A stretch of 20,000 nt of DNA. Source: Emiliania huxleyi CCMP1516. Lineage: Eukaryota. The position numbers and the translations under genes are program-made. Position 1 is the first letter of the stretch. Each line of letters begins with the position of its first letter. The stretch covers positions 303,656 to 323,655 of the forward strand of contig NW_005201102.1 of assembly GCF_000372725.1 (NCBI RefSeq), read 5' to 3'. Below are positions 1-10,143 of the stretch, one piece after another. Below the pieces are notes generated by a model. The model did no database searches. It was not told the DNA's origin and was given only the letters and a program-made list of their open reading frames with translations.

Positions 1-605
1 GATCGCGTAGCCAACCTGGCTCGGGTCCGGGAAGCACTGTGTGCAGTGGTAGGACCGCATGTACCCGCACTGATGCTTCTTGCTTGAGCACGAGCACAAT
101 AAACACGAGCACAGACGCCGTGTCGCCTAGGGCTGTCCGCCTCAAACGTCGCACGGCGCCTCGAATTCGCGCAGACCAATGTAGTATGTAGTCGATGCCG
201 GAGCGTGCGCATTGGTATTGAGAGTCTGAGGTAGGCGGCGTCGCGCAGTAAGCGCAGTATAATGCATTCGATTTGGATACCGGCGCTTGCGTGGGAGCGC
301 AGACAGCGTCGGCCGCGGTGTGCCAGCGAATGTGGTGGTCCTCTTGTCCACTGCGTCCGAGCCGAACCAGCTGTCCACACGAGAAGCGGCGGCGCGTGGG
401 AGAGCCACGACGAGGTCGACCGCCTCGACCAGTCAGCCTCCGGCACAGCATTGGGTGCCTGCATGTCGCCGGGATTGCGTCGCTTGTGTCATCGCGTAGC
501 GGTGCGGAGGCAGCGCCGTATATCGCCTCTTGCCCGCGGGGACGAGCGCTCCAGCGGAAGCCGCAATCGTCTCGAGGAAAGAGAAAACAATGCTGGGAAC
601 TCCGC

Positions 606-1667
<1,062 letters not shown>

Positions 1668-1883
1668 NNNNNNNNNNNNNNNNNNNNNNNNNNNNNNNNN
1701 NNNNNNNNNNNNNNNNNNNNNNNNNNNNNNNNNNNNNNNNNNNNNNNNNNNNNNNNNNNNNNNNNNNNNNNNNNNNNNNNNNNNNNNNNNNNNNNNNNNN
1801 NNNNNNNNNNNNNNNNNNNNNNNNNNNNNNNNNNNNNNNNNNNNNNNNNNNNNNNNNNNNNNNNNNNNNNNNNNNNNNNNNNN
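1668..1883. other. Assembly gap
   Basis: N run. Confidence 1.
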
Positions 1884-2119
1884 GGCGAAAAACCCGAAGG
1901 CTTAACAACATCCTAGGGTAGGGATGGGGCGTGCAGAGAAGCGCGCCCCCCTCACTGGAAGCGATGTGCGCCTGCTCTTAATGGACCCCCTTCCTCTCCC
2001 TCGCCACTGTCACTGTCGCCATCCCCGTCGCTACCGCCCTCCATCCCCGCCGCCCTTTGTCTCACACTCGTCTCTGCCGTGTCCGCTGTCGCCGCTGTCC
2101 TGTCTGTTGCGCTCTGTGC

Positions 2120-2374
2120 TCCGTGGTACAGTCGCTTATTGTTGCTCAGGATTAGCTCACACACCAGGACAGCCTCCGGCTCGTTATTTTGGCTTGCCGA
2201 TATGCATCCAAAGTTCCACGCTAGCTCCTCCTTCGTCACGTCTATCTTTTTGCAGTATCTAGCAAATGCCGTCCGCGCTTGCTGGGGTGTTATTGCGTTC
2301 GGATTCGCCCTCGTCCCCGCCTTGTATCCCATCTCCTTGCGGTGGCGCTCCTGTATGAGTCCCCATATGACCAT
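2120..2374 (-). CDS. Hypothetical coding segment, possibly retroelement-derived
   Basis: Protein-like stretch MVIWGLIQERHRKEMGYKAG...ARTAFARYCKKIDVTKEELAWNFGCIS within ORF 1952-2587. No family recognised and boundaries are approximate. Confidence 0.25.
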
Positions 2375-2651
2375 GTGATTTCTTTGCCTTCCTTGACTCC
2401 TTTCTCTGCAAACAGGACCATCACTTGCGCAGCCGCCTTGCCTAATTAGCGGAGGCCGCAATCGTCTCGAGGAAGGAGAAAACAATTTGCTTTGAACTCC
2501 GCCAAGCTGCTCTAGGAGCCTCTCCCGTCGCGGCCCGACTGGGGCCGAGTGGTCCGCGGGGGCTCGCCAGGGGCTCGCACGGTGCACGGGCCGGCCGCTA
2601 GAGCACGTACTGTGCTTAGTGATAGTGACTTCTTGAAGTCACTCCTAACAC

Positions 2652-2700
2652 AGAAAAAGAAAGAAAGAAAACAGACAACCCAAGGGAGGGATGGGAGGAC
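2652..2700 (-). mobile_element. Retroelement 3'-end motif, family B copy 1, (TTTC)n tail
   Basis: GAAAGAAAGAAAACAGACAACCCAAGGGAGGGATGGGA is near-identical to 16633-16678. Confidence 0.7.
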
Positions 2701-2851
2701 GGCACGCCGCCACCACAAAGGGATTTTAAGGAGAGGTGTGTGGTGCGCTAGCCGTCGCCCACCCTAGGGAGTCTGCCTCTTCCTATCTCTCTTCGCAGTC
2801 TCTCACATAGACACTAGGCCTGACGGTTTTTTTCTTCTAGATGGTGTTGCC

Positions 2852-5164
2852 ATGATTATGAGCCTCTCCCGACGCTTGGCTGCCTGGCTGCGGCCTTTGG
2901 CGAAGGAGTGCATCGCTGGCGCAGCGGTCGCTGGCGCAGCGGCGGGCGCGGTATGCGCGGTTGTCCTGCACCGCCGACTCACCGCCACGCGCGCTGCACT
3001 CGACGCCATCGAGGAGCGACTTGCGGCGCACAGCACCGGTCTCGACTTTTTGGCGCAGGAGCTGGAGGCCCTGCGGCTCGCCCTGCGGCAGCCGCAGCTT
3101 GCGGGCTCCTCCAACTCCTCCGTCTCTGGCCGGCCGGTCCGCTCCGTCGGCGGCGGCTCGCGCACGGCGTCGATGGCGACCGCCGAGGACGAGGGTCTCT
3201 CCGAGGCGGGCTGGTCGGACGCGGGCTGGTCCGAGGCGGGCGGGTACCGTACCGCCGACGAGGAGGATCTCGACGACCTGCTGCTGTCCGCGCCGGCGCC
3301 CTTCTCGCACAAGCCGCCTCCCCCGCTGCACGGCGCCGAGCGCGCGGCGGCGGACTCGGACGCGGACGCGGACGGCGCGTCCGCCNNNNNNNNNNNNNNN
3401 NNNNNNNNNNNNNNNNNNNNNNNNNNNNNNNNNNNNNNNNNNNNNNNNNNNNNNNNNNNNNNNNNNNNNNNNNNNNNNNNNNNNNNNNNNNNNNNNNNNN
3501 NNNNNNNNNNNNNNNNNNNNNNNNNNNNNNNNNNNNNNNNNNNNNNNNNNNNNNNNNNNNNNNNNNNNNNNNNNNNNNNNNNNNNNNNNNNNNNNNNNNN
3601 NNNNNNNNNNNNNNNNNNNNNNNNNNNNNNNNNNNNNNNNNNNNNNNNNNNNNNNNNNNNNNNNNNNNNNNNNNNNNNNNNNNNNNNNNNNNNNNNNNNN
3701 NNNNNNNNNNNNNNNNNNNNNNNNNNNNNNNNNNNNNNNNNNNNNNNNNNNNNNNNNNNNNNNNNNNNNNNNNNNNNNNNNNNNNNNNNNNNNNNNNNNN
3801 NNNNNNNNNNNNNNNNNNNNNNNNNNNNNNNNNNNNNNNNNNNNNNNNNNNNNNNNNNNNNNNNNNNNNNNNNNNNNNNNNNNNNNNNNNNNNNNNNNNN
3901 NNNNNNNNNNNNNNNNNNNNNNNNNNNNNNNNNNNNNNNNNNNNNNNNNNNNNNNNNNNNNNNNNNNNNNNNNNNNNNNNNNNNNNNNNAGTGGCTGCTG
4001 CTATGAGGACGGGGTCGTGTGTACAATAGGCGTGCGTGCAGCGATCGAGCAGTCCTTCACGGCGCGAGATTGCGCGAGATTCTCACGAGAACGTCCCGAG
4101 ATTACCCACCGAGCGTCCTTCGAGGGGAGGTCGAGGGGAGGTCGAGGGGAGGTCGAGGGGAGGTCGAGGGGAGGTCACGAGGGGAGGCCGAGGGGGAGCC
4201 GAGAGGGAGCCGAGGGGAGCTGAGCGTCTTTCGAGAGGAGCCGAGAGGAGCCGAGCGTAGGTGCGCGAGCACTTTGAGGCGGCGGTGCGGCTGGCGCCGG
4301 CAGACGCGACTTCGCGCCACCTGCTCGGCCTCTGGTTTTACGAGGCGGCGGGGCGTGTCGTGGGCGACGCCGTGTCATCAACGGAGAAGAACAGTACCAA
4401 CAACCATGCGTAGGTCGCGGGCCACTGCCGGGGCGGGGGGCACGCTTTCATCTCACAAAGAATGCGATGAGAGCGCGTACATTGTAGGTGGCGGGCCTGG
4501 CGAGATAGGAGGGAGATAGGAGGGAGATATGATCTCGCGTACATTGTAGGTGGCGGGCCTGTCTTGGGCGACGCGCAAGGTGGCCGCCGCCCTCTTCGCC
4601 ACGCCGCCAACGGCTAGCCGTTTGTGCCGAGGCCAGTCTTGTGCCTCGCCAGCAGTGGTTGGGGCACCGCCCTCGTCCTTGAGTGAGTAGGGGAGCCACG
4701 CTGAGGCGCTCGCGCATTTCGAGGCGGCGGAGGCGCTCTCTCCTTGCTTCTAACTCAAGACCCTAAGTGTACCAATCAAGACTGGTTCATATTAACTAAC
4801 ACTAAAGGCGCTCTCTCCCGGCTTCTACCTCAAGAACCAGGTCTGCCTCGCGAAGTGCAGTCTGGCGCTCAAGGTGACCTCCCCCCCCCCCCCCCACCCA
4901 CCCACACACACACACACACACACCACCGCTCACCCACGCGCACCGGGCCTTGCCCTGAGACGCGGAGTCGCGAGGGGTAGCTTGGCACCTCGTGTGTGTG
5001 TGGAGAAGTTGACCTGACCTCACCTGACCTCACCTGACCTCACCTGACCTTAGGACAAGCCGGCCGCGCGCCGCTGGCTGGCCTCCGCCGCGGCGATGGC
5101 GCCAAAGAGCGCCGATGACGAGGCGTCGCTCGCAGAGGCGAAGAAGCTGCTGGCTTCGTTGTGA
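2852..5164 (+). CDS. RMDN: Regulator of microtubule dynamics (RMDN/FAM82/PTPIP51)-like protein. Exons 2852->3385 (gap), 4030-4061, 4261-4344, 4550-4612, 4691-4732, 4808-4873, 5054-5164
   Basis: Manual splicing gives GVRAAIEQSFT|VREHFEAAVRLAPADATSRHLLGLWFYE|VAGLSWATRKVAAALFATPPT|GSHAEALAHFEAAEALSP|GFYLKNQVCLAKCSLALK|DKPAARRWL...EAKKLLASL* (the 4733-4807 intron falls between AAE and ALSP). This matches the recalled RMDN1 pattern KEHFEKAIELNPKDATSIHLMGIWCY...LFATPPSSTYEKALGYF..AE...PNFYSKN. The N-terminus has a hydrophobic helix, a coiled coil and an acidic GYRTADEE motif as in RMDN2/3. All phases are consistent. Confidence 0.9.
3386..3989. other. Assembly gap inside the RMDN-like gene
   Basis: N run. 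Confidence 1.
4120..4256 (+). repeat. Intronic 10-11-bp purine-rich tandem repeats (TCGAGGGGAGG)n grading into (CCGAGAGGAG)n
   Basis: Directly visible inside intron 4062-4260. Confidence 0.9.
4879..5053 (+). mobile_element. Retroelement 3' end, family A copy 3 (diverged, (CCTGA/CCTCA)n tail), filling the last RMDN intron
   Basis: (CA)n-CCGCTCACCCACGCGCACCGGGCCTTG...CACCTCGTGTGTGTGTGGAGAAGTT plus tail matches the reverse complement of both ends of the cores at 606-921 and 19528-19727, with a shorter, diverged middle. Confidence 0.85.
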
Positions 5165-5356
5165 AGTCGGGGAGGGCGGGGAAGGCGATACCAACTTTGT
5201 GCGACCTCGGGCGGGGGGCAGGAGGAACGTACCCTCTGCCCCGATGCGCCGCGAGCGAGCCAGCGGCCATTCCCGCCTCCCAGCTCGGGGAACTTGCCTC
5301 CAGACCCGTCCCGTGCCCGCCGCGTTTCTCTACATGTTCTCTATTAATTTGCATAC

Positions 5357-6930
5357 TAGCCCGGTCGAACACCCCGGGTCGCGATTTTGGCAAGTGAATA
5401 TGGGGGCATTTTACGATGAAATAAGAATCTAATGCCCGAGAGAAACACATAGACACCCACATGGTTGACCAACCCTTAATAGGTGAGGGTCAGTATGTTC
5501 ACATTCACACCCAACAGACCGGCTCCAGCACACACGTACGAGCGTCTCAGCGCACACAGCGGCATCCTCCGCGCCTAGGCCTCCATAGCGTCCTCGCCCT
5601 CGCCCTCCTCGCCCTCCTCGTCATCGTCCTCCTCCTCCGCCTCGAGCGCCGCCTCGTAGTCAGCGACAAAGTCGACCTCCCCGCACGGCACCTGGTCCTC
5701 CTCCTCCCACGTCGCGATCTCCGGGGGCCAGCCCTCCCACAGTACCTTGTAGAGCACCGTCCCCGCCGCGATCTCCTCCCCCTCCCGCCCCGGCACGTCC
5801 CCGCCGTCGGCACGACGGCGGCGGCGGGCGCCTCCCGCGCACCGCCGCGGCGATGAGCCCGAGCGCGTCCATGTCGAGGAGACGCACGGCGCTCGAGGCG
5901 CCGAGCCGCTCGTGCGTCCCCATCGCAAAGGCGAGGAGCTTGAGGTAGGCGGGGATCTCTGCTGCTGCGGCGGCGCCGCCGCCGCCGCCGCCGCCGCCCG
6001 CGTCGGCCGCGGTCGAGGTGATCTTGGGGAAGACGAAGCGCGTCGCCGACTCGATCTCGAGCGCGCGCATCGCCCGCTCGGCCTCGGCCTGGGTGTTGCC
6101 GCCGCGCTGGGACGCTGAGCGGAGGCGCGAGCACACCAACTCGCGGCGCTTGTTGTAGTCCTTGACGTGGCGCTCGCATGCCTGCCAGAGCGACCTCACC
6201 GCGGGGCTGGCGGACATGGGCAAGGACACCGGCCCGCTCGCGCTCGCCGCCGCGCAGGCAGCCACCCAGCGGGCAAAGATCAAGGCCTTGTTGTGATAGA
6301 GCCCGTCCGTCGCCTTCGCCATCTTAGTGGCCAAATTGAGGAGGTAGGCGACGTGCGAGAGGGTGAGGCCGCCCACGGGGCAAGCCACGGCCAGCGCCAC
6401 GGCGCTCGGCTCCTCCTGGGTCGCCACTGAGGCCAAGGCAGCAGCCACAGCCTGGGAGGAAAAGTGCGCCGCCGACGCGCACTTCTCGTGCGGGTCATTC
6501 TCGGAGTTGTCGGGGGCGTGCGAAGCTACCGCCTGCGAACGGCCGGTTGGCAGACGTCATGGCCGGCATGTGCGACCCTTAAGAACCCGCGTGCGACCAG
6601 AAGGTCGGCTGTGAGGCGAGGCTGAAGGCAGCCCAAAAACTGGTGGATTTGTGTTGCTGACAGTTGTGGGCGATCCAGCGCGAACTGACGGCAGGTAAGC
6701 CGGCAGGTGGGGGGCGGGGGTGTGCCGGGTGGATCCCCAAGCGGGCGAGCCGGGCCCGCGCATAGTTCGCGCTCGGGGGGCGCGCGAGCATGGAAAGACG
6801 CACCTCCATCGTCCTTGCTTACCGGCGCTTTTCGGCCGTTGGCACCATCGTTGATTGCGCGGGACTGAAATCCCAAATCTCTCAGCTCGAAGGGGGAATT
6901 TATTTGTTTGGGGGGTGTTCGACCGGGCTA
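5357..6930. mobile_element. Non-autonomous hAT-like TIR element (1574 bp) carrying gene fragments
   Basis: Perfect 19-bp TIRs TAGCCCGGTCGAACACCCC (5357-5375; reverse complement 6912-6930) are flanked by the direct repeat TGCATAC (5350-5356 and 6931-6937). TAG-starting TIRs are typical of hAT, although the visible TSD is 7 bp rather than the usual 8. Confidence 0.85.
5575..6555 (-). pseudogene. Chimeric or frameshifted ORF inside the TIR element: unknown N-part ending in LLAFAMGTHERLG, joined out of frame to a chromodomain fragment with an acidic tail
   Basis: One frame is open from ~6555 through ~5840. A second frame (5575-5830) encodes VLYKVLWEGWPPEIATWEEEDQV, the chromodomain Y-x-V-x-W-x-G...TWE signature, but lacks the domain's first beta strand. 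Confidence 0.7.
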
Positions 6931-7739
6931 TGCATACAGAGTCTGGCGTAATCGAGATCTCTGCGAGAGAGTAGTAGATCGCAGACAGTGTAGATCGCAG
7001 ACCAGGAGAGAGGAGTGCAGGAGATCCTAGCCGATTCTACCACACAGTCGGGCTTGGACCTTGGTTGAAGAGGCTAGTTCCATTTCAAAGTGGCACCGCC
7101 CGCGTTGTATCCTGTTCGTAGCCAGGTAGCTGTGAAGAGGATGCGAACCCATCGTCCGATATTGCTTCTTGCTTTTGGTATAGGGCTGAAATTCTTCGGC
7201 AAATGGCACACATGGAGTCGGGGGCGAGCGGCTGCCAAGAAGGCGCGCTGTACCCCCTTGCGAGCATGTACGAGGTTGCCCGAAATGCCGCCTGCCGTTT
7301 GGTAGATTGGAAGAAGACCCTTGGACCAAAGCAGCCCGGAGAATCGGCGCGCAGTCCCAGACTGACGGCCGGTGGCATGAAGCAAGATCGACTTCGGACC
7401 AAGTGTCACGTGACGCAAACGTGACGAAATTGCCAATTTGCGCCCTCGGCCCGACCTCTTGGCTAGAAATGACTCCCCCGATGCTCGGTTTGAACATCTC
7501 GCAAGCTGGCGTCGCTCGCATAACTGTGACAGGGCGATCCTCCCCTCGACGGAAGGGAGATCCAGAGCAGCTCCTGCTCTGCCCGCCGCCTGGCTGTTTG
7601 GCGACAGCAGAAGCCCGCGCAACTGCGTGGGTCCGCGCCACAGGTAGAGACGTTGAGCTTGGCAATGATTTGGTTGTCGTTCGGTCACGGGGCCTGGCGA
7701 GGTAGGAGCAGTGCCGATGCGGCGAATAGTCGTGCTTAG

Positions 7740-10143
7740 CTTCCTAGGCACCCGCAAATGTGCCCTCAACGCGATGCGTCGGCCGGCGGCGCGAGAGGAG
7801 GGCCGTGCGGCCCCGTCGGTGCGCCGCGCTGTCGCTCCGCCGCTAGCCGAGCCAAGGCACGCCATCGCCATCGGGGTGGCGATGGATGCGTGCTGGCGAG
7901 GGTCGGGGCGGCGGTCCTGACGCGCCGCTGCGTGGCCGCAGTGGCGCGCTCGACGCCGTGCGTCGAGTAGAGGAGCCGCGACGAGGGCGAGGCCGCCCTG
8001 TCGCCGCGTGGCGAGCCAGGCCTGTCCGCCGAGCCGCTGCGAGCCGCTTGCCCGTAAGACGGCGTCGGCAGCGTGTGCAGCTGGCGAGGCGGTGGCCGCA
8101 TTCGGCTCTCTCCTGGGCATCCGCCGCGTGAGTGCGGTGGTGCTGCCGACGCGATGCCTCGGTTGGCGGCGCGAGACGAGCGCCGTGCCGCTCCGTCGGT
8201 GCGCCGCGCTGTTGCTCCGCCGCTAGCCGAGCCAAGGCACGCCATCGCCATCGGGGTGGCGATGGATGCGTGCTGGGGCGGGGCGGCGGTCCTGACGCGC
8301 CGCTGCGTGGCCGCAGTGGCGCGCTCGACGCCGTGCGTCGAGTAGAGGAGCCGCGACGAGGGCGAGGCCGCCCCGTCGCCGCGTAGCGAGCCGGGCCTGT
8401 CCGCCGAGCCGCTGCGAGCCGCTCGCCCGTGAGACGGCGTCGGCAGCGTGTGCAGCTGGCGAGGCGGTGGCCGCATTCGGCTCTCTCCTGGGCATCCGCC
8501 GCGTGAGCGCGGTGGTGCTGCCGACGCGATGCGTCGGCTGGCGGCGCGAGACGAGCGCCGTGCCGCTCCGTCGGTGCGCCGCGCTGTTACTCCGCCGCTA
8601 GCCGAGCCAAGGCACGCCATCGCCATCGGGGTGGCGATGGATGCGTGCTGGGGCGGGGCGGCGGTCCTGACGCGCCGCTGCGTGGCCGCAGTGGCGCGCT
8701 CGACGCCGTGCGTCGAGTAGAGGAGCCGCGACGAGGGCGAGGCCGCCCCGTCGCCGCGTAGCGAGCCGGGCCTAGGCGGCGTCGGCAGCGTGTGCAGCTG
8801 GCGAGGCGGTGGCCGCATTCGGCTCTCTCCTGGGCATCCGCCGCGTAAGCGCGGTGGTGCTGCCGACGCGATGCGTCGGTTGGCGGCGCGGGACGAGCGC
8901 CATGCCGCTCCGTCGGTGCGCCGCGCTGTTGCTCCGCCGCTAGCCGAGCCAAGGCACGCCATCGCCATCGGGGTGGCGACGGATGTGTGCTGGCGAGGGT
9001 CGGGGCGGCAGTCCTGACGCGCCGCTGCGTGGCCGCAGTGGAGCGCTCGACGCCGCGCGTCGAGTAGAGGAGCCGCGACGAGGGCGAGGCCGCCCTGTCG
9101 CCGCGTAGCGAGCCGGGCCTGTCCGCCGAGCCGCTGCGAGCCGCCCGCCCGTGAGACGGCGTCGGCAGCGTGTGCAGCTGGCGAGGCGGAGGCCGCATTC
9201 GGCTCTCTCTTAGGCACCCGCCGCGTGAGCGCGGTGGTGCTGCCGACGCGATGCGTCGGCTGGCGGCGCGAGACGAGCGCCGTGCCGCTCCGTCGGTGCG
9301 CCGCGCTGTTACTCCGCCGCTAGCCGAGCCAAGGCACGCCATCGCCATCGGGGTGGCGATGGATGCGTGCTGGCGAGGGGCGGCGGGCGGGGCGGCGGTC
9401 CTGACGCGCCGCTGCGTGGCCGCAGTGGCGCGCTCGACGCCGTGCGTCGAGTAGAGGAGCCGCGACGAGGGCGAGGCCGCCCTGTCGCCGCGTAGCGAGC
9501 CGGGCCTGTCCGCCGAGCCGCTGCGAGCCGCTCGCCCGTGAGGCGGCGTCGGCAGCGTGTGCAGCTGGCGAGGCGGTGGCCGCATTCGGCTCTCTCCTGG
9601 GCATCCGCCGCGTAAGCGCGGTGGTGCTGCCGACGCGATGCGTCGGTGTTGGCGGCGCGGGACGAGCGCCGTGCCGCTCCGTCGGTGCGCCGCGCTGTCG
9701 CTCCGCCGCTAGCCGAGCCGAGGCACGCCATCGCCATCGGGGTGGCGACGGATGTGTGCTGGCGAGGGTCGGGGCGGCAGTCCTGACGCGCCGCTGCGTG
9801 GCCGCAGTAAAGCGCTCGACGCCGCGCGTCGAGTAGAGGAGCCGCGACGAGGGCGAGGCCGCCCTGTCGCCGCGTAGCGAGCCGGGCCTGTCCGCCGAGC
9901 CGCTGCGAGCCGCTCGCCCGTGAGGCGGCGTCGGCAGCGTGTGCAGCTGGCGAGGCGGTGGCCGCATTCGGCTCTCTCCTGGGCATCCGCCGCGTGAGCG
10001 TGGTGGTGCTGCCGACGCGATGCGTCGGCTGGCGGCGCGAGACGAGCGCCGTGCAGCTCCGTCGGCGCGCCGCGCTGTTGCCCCGCCGCTAGCCGAGCCA
10101 AGGCACGCCATCGCCATCGGGTTGGCGACGGTTGCGTGTTGGC
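7740..10143. repeat. Tandem satellite, ~380-bp unit, ~6.4 copies
   Basis: Units start with ACGCGATGC at 7769, 8149, 8524, 8866, 9246, 9633 and 10015 (lengths 380, 375, 342, 380, 387, 382, then partial). Confidence 0.97.

Noticed and set aside
1914..2766. TAGGG...CCCTA as hAT TIRs
   Set aside because: The match is poor beyond 5-6 bp and there is no TSD.
4744..5053. RMDN gene disrupted by an insertion (pseudogene)
   Set aside because: The apparently missing exon is present at 4808-4873, and all visible exons splice in frame.
7074..7740. Alternative minus-strand frame (…KGLLPIYQTAGGISGNLVHARKG…) as a gene
   Set aside because: No recognisable motif, and it overlaps another equally open frame. 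It cannot be resolved without a search.
7769..10143. CRISPR array or hammerhead-ribozyme (retrozyme) array
   Set aside because: There are no unique spacers. The unit has CTGACGC rather than CTGANGA and no matching GAAA core.
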